Below, one piece after another: positions 24,700 to 41,482 of a stretch of 64,000 bases of DNA (position 1 is the stretch's first letter; every line of letters begins with the position of its first letter). The DNA is from Daphnia carinata (Eukaryota). Location of the stretch: NCBI RefSeq assembly GCF_022539665.2, contig NC_081332.1:3472001-3536000 (forward strand). The letters run 5' to 3'. The position numbers were made by a program, and so were the translations under genes. The notes beneath the pieces were generated by a model that was given only the letters and a program-made list of their open reading frames with translations, was not told where the DNA came from and did not search any database.

Positions 24700-26455
24700 C
24701 AACCGTACCATCTTTTTTTCCCGACCTAATGGGCGTGTACGACGGGATGGGCAGCGATTTCCGTTGCTCCAACGACACCCTACGACGTACAGTGATCCTA
24801 TTCGACAACGACGGAGCCCTCCTAAATACATAAAAAAACATGGTAGGCAAATAAACATGTAAAGAAATATACCTGAAACATCCATTGCGATAACCTCGTT
24901 GCTCCAGCGGCGATCCTCGATGTCCAGCATCCTCTCAGATGGTGGTAAGGCCCTCCTAAATACATAACAAGATGAGATCATAGTGTAAAACGTATAACTT
25001 TGAATGAAATACTTGACGATTTTGGGTGACGATACTGGTGCCTCCTACGGCAAACCACGCTGGCCAGTGATCCTCTTCGGCGATGATGCCGCCCTCGTAA
25101 ACACATAAAAAAACAAAATAAATTAGTGGTGTAAGACTTAAGACTTTCAATGAAATACTTGACAATGTTGGGCGACGATCCTGGTAGCTCCGACGACGAA
25201 CCTCGTAGTCTAGTAATCCTCTTCGGCGATGATGGAACCCTCCTAATTACAAAACAAAAACATGAATACACAATTATACGACTAAATGATATACCTGAAA
25301 CATCCACGGCGACGATATCGATGCTCCAGCGTCCTTTTTGGTGGTGGTGAAGCCCTCTTCGAAGCCCAAAAAACACGATTAAACACTTAGCGTTAATTTT
25401 TAAAAAACCCACAATACCCATGCCGACAATGTCGTTGCTACAGCGGCGAATCTCGATGTCCAGCATCCTCTCTTATGATGGTGCGGCCCTCCTAAATACA
25501 TAAAAACAAAATGAGATCATAATGTAAAACTTATAACTTTGAATTAAATACTTGACCATTTTGGGCGATCATCCTGGTGAATCCGACGGCGAAACACGTT
25601 GTCCAATGGTCCTCCTCGGCGATGATGGCGCCCTCCTAAATACATAAAAACAAATTAAATTAATGGTTAATGAATTGACAGTAAAAATTTTCGATAAAAT
25701 ACGTGACAATTTTGAGCGACGATCCTGGTGGCTCCAACGGCGTACTTCGTTGTCCAGTTACCCTCTTCGGTGATGATGTGGGCCATCCTAAATACATTTA
25801 AAAAACATGTTTAGACACTTAAACATGTAAAACATACCTGAAATATCCATTGCGACGATCTTGTTACTCCAGCGGCGATCCACGATGTCCAACATCATTT
25901 TCGATGATGGTGAGGCCCTCCTAAATACATAAAAACAAAATAAAATCATAGATCACACAACCTAAGACTTTCAGTTAAATACTTCACAATTTTGGGCGAT
26001 AATTCCAGGAGTCTTCGAAAGCGAACCTCGTTGTCGAGTGGCCCACCTCGGAGATGATGTGGACCGTCCTAAATACATAAAGAAACACGATTAAACACTT
26101 AAAATTGTGAAAGTAATACCTGGCAATCCTTGGCGGCTCCAGCGGTGATCCCCGACGTCCAGTAATCCTCATCGGTAGCGTTGCCAATCTTCCTATACAC
26201 AAATTACTACATAGAATAGTAATGCACTTCAATTTTTTGAATACCTTGGAATTTTGGATTAGAATCCTGGTGATGACCTTCGTTGTCCAAAGGTCCTCTT
26301 CAGTGGAGCTATGGCCTTCCTAGGCACATAAAATTTAAAGAAAAAATCATGATGAGATACCGAGTTTTTAAATATATACCTCAGAATCCTGGGCGGTATT
26401 CCAATGGCTGCGACGGCGATCTTCGTTGCCCTTCAGCCCCAGAGATTACCCTGCT
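24700..26455 (-). repeat. Inverted paralogue of the exon-like unit array (~13 units)
   Basis: Repeated ccctcctaaatacat (reverse complement of the acceptor) and aaatacttgac / atacctg (reverse complement of the donor), same unit order as 15951-17720. Confidence 0.85.
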
Positions 26456-29400
26456 GATTGTACAGAAACGAGAAAAAAAAATTTTGTTTTAACATTTTAA
26501 CAGCAACAAATTTCATCTTAATTTTAACAGACATCAGGTACACGAATTAGTTACATGGAGAAAAAAAACTTTAAAAAATATTGGCCGGATTGGCGGTTCA
26601 TGTGTAAATTGTGAAAGAAGTTCAAATGTACAATTGTTTGTAAAAAAAAAATAAAAAAATGGTTTGCGAACGACCACTACGGTTAATAATTGCATAAAAC
26701 AGTGAAAGAAAATGGCTTAGATAGTGTTGTGCAAAGGTAACGAATTGAGGTGGACTACGCTTACGCCTTACTTAAAGTAGCCTTACTCTTTACTTAACTT
26801 TAGACCTACTTATCCTTAACTTAATCTACGTTTATCTATTTCATCTAGACTTATCGTACTACCCAACTAAACAAGTCCAGTGCAGAGGCTAACCCAGGTG
26901 CTGATGCAGTGCGTTATTGATGCGTAATTGATGAATCTACAAATTGCGAAAGCTGGCTGCACGTGCGAAAGTTCTAAGAATAATTAGACGTGGATTTCAA
27001 GCAACAAATGTACACTAGTGCACCGCGTGCAGGTGAAAGAGCTACTGAGCTTCTAGCTTCTTTTTTGCTTCATGTCCCCTCCCCTCGCCTTTTTTGTGTA
27101 TGCCCGAGGTTCTTCATCTGTTTTAGGCACTTGGAAACAAACAAGAAAAATGCAAAAAAAAAAAAAAAAAGAAAATCAAAAAAACCAAGTAACCTAGGGT
27201 CAATCGATGGGGAATGGCTATAACCTCGGGCTCACCTGGAAATAAAATTTGCCCTTCAACCTATCGACCTTCAGAATTAGGTCTCTACCTTACACTCTAC
27301 TTTCGGGAAAGCGATAATGTGACACGTGTCTGCGAGTATTTAAGGCATCGTCTAGACACTAGATGTTCACATTCGTACGGGGTCTTGCCACTATAAATAT
27401 ACCACGACTATAACAGCATCGATATCATCGTCGATCGATTCGCCTGTCAGGTAAGTTGAAGTTATGTTAACTGGCTTCATTGTCTTCTTTAATTGTAGAA
27501 AGTATGCAGATGTCAACTTTGATTAAATTAGTTCTAAATCTATGTTAGCCAACTAAATCTTAATTAAATCAAACTTTTACCAATAATATTCCAATTCTTT
27601 AGGAAACGACCATTTTTCAATCCATGTGTGAGTAGGTGCTGGCGTGTTTACTCTGGCTGCCTTTCAAACTGCATCAAATGAGGTATTGAAATTTGTTAAA
27701 TACCACTAATTATTTAAAATTTTGTAGTACCATACTATATGTTCATTGTGTCACCTCAGCAGCATTGTGTCACCACCGCAGCTAAGAATACAAAATTTGA
27801 CAATATGAATGGTGTTGTATAAAAGAATGGCTCTTCTGCCCTGCAACCTAATGTAGAAAACTAAATATTTACCGCCAGATGTCAGCAACAGCGGGGGAAT
27901 AAAACTCGAGCGAAGTTCGATCGTATCCTCCCACTTCCGGCCCTAAAGCGGGGAGTTAAAGAGGGTGGTATACCACCACACACGCGTACACTGGCGTGCT
28001 TGTCTATGCCTGTGCGTGCAATCCCATTACATGGGAGAATCCTCGACAGGTGGTGAGGGCCCTTAGAAAACATTAATACCTCCCTACTTTCTTCTTCCTC
28101 TTAAACACCATCATCGTCATAAGGCTTACTGTAACGATAGGCTTTCCAATCCCAACAACTACATAATTAAAAGAAATCGATACAGTAATGCTTCACACAT
28201 AGCTGTGGCCGGCCATAAGCGAACGCTCCCTCATTTGCTAATATTTAATGACCGAAAAAAAAAAGAACAAACAAACAGCTTCTGCTTACCACCTTCTTCT
28301 TCTGTGACGCAGCTCACACAATTATCGTGCTGCAACAGTTTGCCATTGTACTACTATGTGCATATGAAAGAAACAATGCCATCCCTCCCCTCTACGACAC
28401 TCTGTAAATTGACGTATACACGAGCTCACATACTGTCAAGGCCTGTTATTGAACCACCCCTGCTGCCAGACGGAGCAGCAGAAGCAGTAAAAATGAGGCA
28501 GGGCGGGAGGGGAGACTGACCGGATTTTACGCACACGCTCAGGCAAATACATGACACAGACGTAAACGCACTGGTCAAAGCCCGTGTAAACTGCAAACAC
28601 GAGGCGAGACCATTGACGTAATGACCCAGTCCCGTCCATGAACGTTCTCACACGCAACCCCCCCCCTCCTCTCCATCTAAATGCATAGCGGGAGTACCTT
28701 GAACGCTTGAGGTGTATTTTTGTCTCATGCCGATAAATCAATTACGAGGCGTGAGGGGATACCATATTACTAACCTCAGAGTAAAAAACTGTAAAGCTGG
28801 CTGTGTGTCATACGGCTGAATAGAGCTTGATGGCTTGACCTGAATCAACGACGTTATCAAGTGGGTCGATACGTTGAACGTCAATTCAGCATTTGATTAA
28901 AACGAAAAGTATAACGCTTTAAGAAACAAAAAAGGAGAAGAAAAGCGAAATAGAAAAGACTTACAGATTGCGACCAAGGAGCCGTTTCTATAAAGGCAAG
29001 TTAAGCACAGGCGTGGGCGGCAGCAACAGGTTCATCCATCGGATTGGAAGTTAGGCTCTTCATTACGCTAGACCTATAAATATGTTGTCATGAATAGGAT
29101 AAGTCGATCCCCCATCGAAAATAGGGATCAACCGTCAATGTCTACGTTTTCTTACCTCCTCGCTATACATTCACCAGTGTATAAGGATTGTCGACGTTCC
29201 TGGTATGCATCGTGTGCGTCTTTCTTCCTTTTCTTTTTTCTTTTTTTTTTTCCTCTCTTTCCGCTCGGCGGAAATGACGTCAAAAGAGGCTGGTGTAGAG
29301 CCAGGTTCTTCTCATATCCTACGACCTCTATCGCCACCCAATCTCCCCTTTCCCGCCACCCTCCACTTAATGCATCGCTTCTGTGCCCTACACTGCAAAT

Positions 29401-32042
29401 CGCGCCTTCGAGTCGCAGTTCGTCGCCATGTTTGTTCTAGCGAACGCGACGCATCGACGTCAGATGTATTGATTGTCGGCGGCGTCTGCGCAGAGACATA
29501 GAAGTACCGCGGGACTCACGCCGACCGGATCCCTCCCTTCCCAGCGAGTTTCATTCATAAAATTCGAGGGGGATCCTCTCATCTTCTGGGCGAATCGACC
29601 ATCGGAGTCATCATCGTACCGATCAACCAACGCGGCCAACTACGTCCCTCGCACACACACACACACACACACAGACAACGGCAGCTAAAGTCATTCATCA
29701 TCAAAACAAATCGTTTGATGTAGTTGATTGATACCCAAACCCTTCAACAGTTAATCCTATCCTAGAAACACAAAACAAAAGTCAAAATGAAAGAAAGCAG
29801 ACAAACAAACGTAGGCGAGGACAGCAAAAAAAAAAAAAAAAAAAAAAATAGAAAAAAGAAATACGAAAAAAAAAGAAAAATTGAAATTGATAAGTGATTA
29901 CCTTCTATTTCAGATTAGATTAACCTTCAGGAACAAAAGGTTGTGCGGTCTGTGTAGTTAGTACATACGGCGTGGCAATGACACTATGGACGCCATGACT
30001 GGCCCTTTTTTTTTTTTTCTATTGATCTTCTGCCTGTATGAGAAGAGCATAGTGAGAAGACTCTGGATTCTTTCTGATAAAGCAATGCATTTTGCCTCTT
30101 GTTTCCCTTTTGAAGCAGAGCCAAATAAATAAGAATTCAGACAAAAGTGGATAAATATGGGAAATCATATTTTTCCACGATGTATCCTAGTGTTGCTGTA
30201 CATGATATTACGAAAATAAATAGCAAAACGAGAATTTGCTTTCGATCGAGAGGAGCCGACCAAGATTCTCTTTGGTTTGTTTTATTTTTTTCTTTTTCTT
30301 TTCAAAGATTGAAATGTTCGGCTCCTCGTACACTTTATTTGTATCAATGTGGTACTCACTTTTTCATTTGGCCATCAAAACGTACAAAAGTGGCTCATTC
30401 ATTCGAACAGACACGAACACACACACACACACACACACACATACCAGCACTGCCAGACGCAAAGCAGACGAAAAAAGGAAGATGGTTGAAATAACACGAC
30501 TTACAAAACAAACGACAATCGTTTTTAACGCCTTGAAACATTGAGAAAATTGGCGATCGCACAACTTCATTATTTGAGAGAACTTTTTGCAAAGAAAACA
30601 ACAATTCAACAGTTTCTTAAAATATGAAAAGGACCAATATGCACCAGTGAGTTGTTGCCATATTTTTTTTTTAGTGTGTACTTTCGAGCTCTGTTGCAAG
30701 ACGTATCACTAAATCATCGTCATTCAGTCATTTTGTTTGAAATAATTGTTAAAATTATGACAAGGATTCTTCTCGTGTAAAATGTTTTATCAAAAAATCT
30801 AACAGATCAAAGAGAAAACACGACCGTTGTGCACACTATCTGATTTTCCATTTCCTTTTGTACAAAATAATATTCAAAGTCCAAACTTTGATAATTAAAA
30901 AAAAAAAAAACACAAAAAAGAACAAAATCGAAGAAAAAGAAATGAACAAGATTTCATTGAATGAAGCCAAAATAATCAGAAAACAACATCAACAGGTAAA
31001 TATAGATTTATGTGTAGAAAAATGGATAGCATGTGAGTATAAATTTTTCTTTATGATTACCATTCACGCCTTTTTTTGTTTTGTTTTTGTTTTAACGGGA
31101 CAGGGACGAGGTCCGGCTCAAAGCCGGATGACGTATTTTTGCTTCAAAATAGCTCAGGACATTTAATATCAATGGTTAAAAATTTTGTAAATTAGCAAAA
31201 GCCCCAAAAATACATCGTATCAAAATCTGAATTGTTATAAATTTTCTTCTTCTTCTCTTTCAACCATTAACACAAAGTGTGCGGAGCCGTCCTCCGCCTT
31301 CTTTTGAACTTTTGAACAACAACAACAACTCGATCAATAAAACAGGAAAAAAAAAAGGGAAAGCAATGTAGTGTACGGTGTAGAGAGGAGGAGGGTGAGG
31401 CTAATCGAAAACCAACATAAAGGGAAAAGGGTGGGGGGGGCAGTCACGCTGTGGATGCCACTGAATGAAAATGAGGAACGAGGAGCTAGTTAAATACCAA
31501 ATCGATGGCACTGAGGTCTGTTTCAATTTTTTGTGAACCCCCCTAAAAAAAAGGTAAACAAAAACAATCCCCGTTTAAAAAAAAAAAAAATCTCAGAAAA
31601 AAAAAAATCAACAAGCCAAAGAAAAAACAAAAACACATTTTCTCTGCTGTTGTGTGTGTGTGCGACTTTGTGACGATGCAGCAAAAACAAAATCAAAAAT
31701 GAGGGACCAAGTAGGAAAAGACACAATAGACAAATATGTAATACAATAATAATATCAGCGATAAAACTAAAAAAAAAAAAAAAAAAACAGGTGACGTTTA
31801 GATGCCCCGTTTTGTGCAAACATTTTAAATAGTCAGTTAACGTTAAAGCATTTCGGCTGGTTGTACAATCAACAAAAAAAAAGAAAAAAAAAGAAAAAAA
31901 AAAAAAACACATTTTGGCTTTCTCCTCGTAGTTGCGCGTGTTGTGTGCGTTACGTAGTTTTGTCTTATGAACGCGCTAACAATTGATTAGCGTTTGATGA
32001 TGAAAGAGGGGGGGGGGGCGAACGATGAAAATGTGTGTGTCG

Positions 32043-36085
<4,043 letters not shown>

Positions 36086-36729
36086 GGCTGATTCCGTCAG
36101 TGGATCGCTCGGCTGGACAATCGAATGTTGGCTACCGGTCGCTGTTCGTTCGGCTCCCGCAACTAGTCCGATGGACGCGTGAGGAGACTCTGGACCAGTC
36201 TGTGCCGGTGGGGCTCCTCCGCCAACCGCCGAAGCACTGAGCGACTGGTCGCTACCCGATGACGGGTCAATGATTGACAATTCAAGCCAATCGAAACAAC
36301 ACGTGCACTACCGAATGTCGTCAGAATGGATCATCGAGCGGGCGTGTCTACGTGTCGTCCCGTATTCGTTTGTGCCGTTAGGCGCGAGCGTGTTTTCCTT
36401 TTTTGTCTTTCCCGCCACGAAATAGATTTTTGTTTAAAAAAAAACCGCCTTGTTTTTCGGCGTGAAATGTGAGAAACAATAAGGGCACGTGCTGATGTCG
36501 CTTGTTTTTCTTCGAGGATTTAAAACAAAACACAAGACGATTGAACGTGGCCGGTTGAAAATGAATTGAAATTCGAAACGTTTCAAAAATTCCAACCGGT
36601 GGTTGACGGGGGGTTAAGATGCAAAGTGCAAGGAAAATCGAAGACGTTGGGGAAACCGATGGGGGAGAAGAAAAAAAAAACAAAACAAAAAACAAAACGA
36701 ACACGTGAATCTTGAACAAAGTCTGGCGG

Positions 36730-36870
36730 GAGACTGAGGACGAAAGCCGTCCACTCACGGCTCTATGAATGAACGAACCGGAAAAGCCAAGCTCCGCCCC
36801 TAGTAGCGACCGGGACTCGCACGGCGCAGCACCGGGGTGACGTCACCTATGCTGCATTCCGTGACGTCAC
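36730..36870 (-). promoter_or_regulatory. Putative Egr/stripe proximal promoter: two CREs, GC box, Inr
   Basis: TGACGTCA at 36838-36845 and 36862-36869, GGGGCGGAGC at 36800-36791, TCAGTC initiator-like at 36737-36732, all upstream of exon 1. Confidence 0.65.
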
Positions 36871-37215
36871 GTCATTCACGCTATAGGCTACAAAGTACAC
36901 ACACACACACATACACACATACACACACACAGAGAAAGAGCTTATCTATACCGAATGGGACTCCGTTCTTTCTGAAGATTTTTCTTTTTCTTTTTATTTG
37001 TTGTGTGTTTTCCGAGAAAAAGTCCGCGCCGGCGCTTTCAAATCTCCCACCTCCTAGTCCTCCCACCGCCACCACCTTATGTTTATTATTTTATTTCCTT
37101 TTTTTTTTCTTTCGTTTTCAAATAATAAAAAGAAATTCACGTTCTATCCGATGAGGGTGCACACGGGCACGCGTGAATGTCTGCCACCGCTGCAGTATAA
37201 AAAAAACATCCATGC

Positions 37216-37225
37216 CCATATAAGG
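37216..37225. promoter_or_regulatory. CArG box (SRF site)
   Basis: CCATATAAGG matches CC(A/T)6GG. A second one, CCTAATAAGG, is at 40277-40286. Confidence 0.6.
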
Positions 37226-38420
37226 TCATTCGCACTTAAAAAAAAAAAAAAAGAAGAAGAAAGAAGCCATTTTCATTTTTGCTATACTACTACACGCTGA
37301 CGGTTAGATTTACTGTAAATGGTAGAGGAACTTAAAAGGCGTGACTAAGACGATGACGACTTAAAAATTAGCACCGAAAATCGGGAAAACGATGACGCAA
37401 GAATTTTTTTTAGCAAACATTTTTTTTTTTTTTTCTTTTCGCGTTCTTTCCCAGATGGCGCTTACGACCATGACCACAAAAAACTAATACGGCCAATCAT
37501 CGTTTGGTCATCGGTGACGTGTTTATGTCTTTGAAATTCCATGACGTCACTTGCTACTTGTTTTCTTTTTTTTTTTTTTGTTCGAATTGACTATCAGCTG
37601 TCGGGCTATTTCGGAAAATATCGTTGGATTGGACGGGTTGGTATTCGATGCGCTTTATTCACCTGTCGCACGGCGCGCACTCCCGCCCGCCCATTTTCTT
37701 TCATATTTCCCCACCTTTTTCTTCTTCACCTGTTGAATCCGCTGATGGAAAACTCTTTAGGGAATTCTCTTTCACGAATTTTCGATTTTTTTTCTTTTAA
37801 ATTGTTGCAAAGTGAAAATAAATATTTCGTTAATAGTTCATCCGCCAAACTTGAACGTGGGCCGATTCCGGCGTGACATTTCCACCCCCCCCCCCCATCT
37901 GTGCAAAACTTCGTTTTTTTGTTTTTTGTTTCTTTTTAGCCACGATAGAATATGGCGTATGAATGAAATGTTTTCTTCTTCCGGGAAATAGGTTCATTCT
38001 CTCTCTCTCTCTGTGGCGCTCGTTTTCTCTCATCAACGGGGTTGCCCATGGTTACCCTTTTCGTAAAGGTTAAGGTGTTCCGGATGTGACGGATTATCGA
38101 TACAAAATTCTAGGGAAGACGCTGCCCGTGCAAGCGGCTTTACGGCCGGATCTTTTCAATAAATAATGCCTTTAGCACAACCAGTATGATACAGAGGACT
38201 AGATAAGAAAAATCATTCAAGACATTTGTAAACGAAATAAGAAGATAATGGGAGCCGAGCGGAACCACTTATCGCTCCCGCGCAAAGGTAACCCCATTTT
38301 TTTTTTTTTTTTGTTGTTACATTTCAATCTTTGACCCTTTCCATACTCAATTTGTTTGAATCTAATCAACGGCCGGCACTTCTGCAATCGTGTAACAGCT
38401 TAAAATAAACTTGTTGTAAC

Positions 38421-38451
<31 letters not shown>

Positions 38452-39636
38452 GGGGGGGGGGGGGGGGGGGGGGGAAAGGGCATCTTCCCCACTTCCGACC
38501 GGGCATTTTTTCATGTGCTCTATCTTTTCTTACGTTTCTCACGCGCTTTAAAATGTTAGGAGAGATAGGAAAAGTGAGTAAGGAAAGAACGAGGTATTTA
38601 TACGAGCGGGAAACAATTAACGAATGCCGCGTACAGGTAGAGAGGAAAGCAAAAGAACAGTCTCAAAAATTGAACTGAATAAAATTGAATTCCACGAAAC
38701 GCCACCACTTCAGAAAGTCCCTTTGTCATGAGGTCCCGCAGGGGAAATGTCAACCGGAACCGGAAGCGGTGCGCGAACGCCATCTAACGCGGCCGTGCGC
38801 AGAGAATAGGAACGGCACAGAATCGGCAAAAGTTGCGCGATGAGGTCGGCCGTAAAAAAAAAACATTCAAACCCCCCCCCCCCAAAAAAAAAAAAACATT
38901 CGGGATACCAAGAATTCACATGACTCACGCTAGAGTTGTTCCCCGTTCCTTGAGGGCTTCTCCCGCCGTTTCCGATCTCATTGTCTGCACATTCTAACCC
39001 ATCATCTTCGCGAACAGCCTCCCCGACACATCGATGACTAACAAGCCAAGTGAAACTAACTTGAATAAATCAACAAACAAACAAAAAAACAACTCTTTGT
39101 TGCAACTCCGTTTCGCCATTCTGTTCGTTTCATTACGCAACTGGACGATGAGTAAATGTAGACAGTGTCCCGCAGCATCCGCGCATAGCTTCATCACATC
39201 GACATGAGGACCAAGTCATATCTTTACTGGCCACGGGTCGGGATTGCCGCTTAATTAAACCGCGCTCCACGGAAAGCCGATCCATCAGGGACAAGGACAC
39301 ACCCACAGTTAAGGCGTCAGAATAGAAAGAAGTAAAAAAAAAAAACAAAAAAAAAAACAGAAACAATCGAATAATTTGAAACGAACGTCGAGACAGTTTA
39401 GTACTTTGGTGCGTGTCTAGCTAAGTATTATATCAACAACGTAATTTGCCTAACGAATTTTAACGGATTTCTTCCTTTTTTTTTTGGTGCCTTAAGGTAG
39501 AAAGTAGAAAACGCCATCTAACGGTCGGTGGACAAACTCGATTACAAATTTTGAACGTCGTGCGAACTAAGCGGGACTCGTGCGATCCAACGTGTTTCAG
39601 GCTACGTGAAAAAGAACAAGAAAAAAAGGCGCCACT

Positions 39637-39658
39637 CTAAAAATAGTGGATGACGTCA
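39637..39658. promoter_or_regulatory. Adjacent MEF2 site and CRE
   Basis: CTAAAAATAG (39637-39646) lies 4 bp from TGACGTCA (39651-39658). Confidence 0.6.
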
Positions 39659-39876
39659 TGTGACGGGCTTTTTTCGTTTGTGTACACGAGAGTATAACAA
39701 TAAAGAACTGTAAATAAAACAAGAATGGCAATCGTCCAATGAGGCGTTGGTGACGTAATCGACAACCAATCCAATACCACTTTGAGGTAGGCGCCGTCAA
39801 AAAAAACAAAACAAAAACCGTCTAATGGAAAAGCGTAGAACTCCCGTTTTGCGGGAAAAACAAAACGGAAAGAAAA

Positions 39877-39911
<35 letters not shown>

Positions 39912-41452
39912 AAAAAAGGGGAGAAAATTGAACGACTATAGGAGGTACCCAGAAGTGGGAAATCAATATTCAAAAAATTTTCTTTTTTTTTTTTCCTTCC
40001 CCCCATCTCATCGCTCTGTCTTGCACCTTGCTAATTTTTTTTTTCCTTCCCCTTTGCGCTGCGATGAATAGCGGCCCGCGTGATCGTGAACTCCTCTTAA
40101 TGGCAAATTAGGGACAGCCAGACGGATGATGAAAAGTTCTCCTTTTCTTTTTTTTTCGCCTGCTCGTGAGGGACTGTTTGAGAACTCACCGCGGCTGGCA
40201 ATACACAGACAGACAGGTAAAAAAAAAAAGAAAAGAAAAAAAAAAGGTGGTGGTGCCGTCTTGATGGAGGATCTCGCCTAATAAGGTATACACCAATACC
40301 TTGCGTCTGCGCGTTCCCTTCCGAGTCATTTTAAGACGAGGGAGGTGACGTCATTTTTGTTTTTTTTTTTCTTTGCTTGTTGTTGTTTTCTTAAAATCTT
40401 CTCCTTACGGGACGCCCAAGAGGAGGAACAGCACAACCGCAAATTCTGGCTTCTCTTCTCCCCCCCCCCCCCCCGCCTCATTTCCACCCAAGAAAACGGC
40501 AGTAATGTTTACGCCCAACTCGCACCCAAAAGAAATCCTCTCTCTCTCTCTCTCTTTATTTTTTCTTCGGATAAAGAAGAAATAAATAATTCCGGTGATA
40601 TGTAAATCAAACACAACAGTCACACCCATCGATCACAACGTGCAATGGCAGGTGCAATTTGAACGTGAATAGGAGAGAAGAGACGGAATCAAAAAAAAAA
40701 ACAAAAAAAAGGAGAATGGATACACGCTATAAAAAGATGTCGGCTCTTTCTTTCTATTCCTCAAAAAAAAACAAAAAAAAAAAACAAGTTTTTTTTTTTT
40801 GGCTCCTCATTTCCCCCCACCCCCTTCTCTTTCTCTGTCTCTCACTGCCCGGCTAATAAAATAAGACAAAAAAAAATTTATTCCTCCATAAGGTTCAGAT
40901 TTGATTTTTTTTTTTGGGCGCGGACGGCACGGATAGATCACGACGAAAAAAAAAAAAAGCTAATTTTTTAGTTGTTTTTTTTTTTGTGTGTGTGTGTAAA
41001 CCGTGGCTTTTTCACGGACAGTCCCGTCCGCCCGAACATATTTTTTTTTTTTGTATCTTGTTGTTTTTCTTTGCCTTTGCTTTTTGCCATCATTATATGC
41101 AAATTAAACCTGCCGAGAATCTGACAAGCGCGCGCTTTCCTCTCTTTCATCTTCATCATCACATCTTTCCGAGCTTCTTCTTCTTCCTTTCCTTCACCAA
41201 AAAGACAGAAAACAAAAGAACAGAAAAAAAAAAAAAAAAAAAAAATTGAATGTCGGTAGGATCCGACTTTTCTTTTGGGCTGTGCTGTTTTGATTCAACA
41301 GTCACATCACACATAGACAGACGGACACACACACAAGTTCTTCGACTGATGACTTTGAAATGATGTGACGTCATTCTCTCGGCATACAACACACACACAC
41401 AGACAGAGAGCGAGAGAGAGAGAGAATGTGATGATCAACCAAGATCCGGGTT

Positions 41453-41482
41453 ATGTATGTGTGTGTGTGTGTGTGTGTGTGT
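41453..41482. repeat. (TG)n microsatellite (others: (CA)n ~29652 and ~30418, (GA)n ~44024)
   Basis: Direct inspection. Confidence 0.95.

Larger units (their letters stand above)
21308..27742 (-). repeat. Right arm of ~13 kb imperfect inverted repeat
   Basis: Reverse complement of the left arm with indels: extra ~280 bp at ~22522-22800 and an extra ~200 bp tandem copy within 23770-24140. Confidence 0.97.

Noticed and set aside
24978..25466. 162 aa ORF within the right-arm array
   Set aside because: Reads through intron-like spacers and is not preserved in the left arm.
14618..27742. Fold-back sequencing artefact
   Set aside because: Arms differ by many substitutions, a ~280 bp indel and a tandem duplication, and enclose a unique spacer. 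A chimeric read would give near-identical arms throughout.
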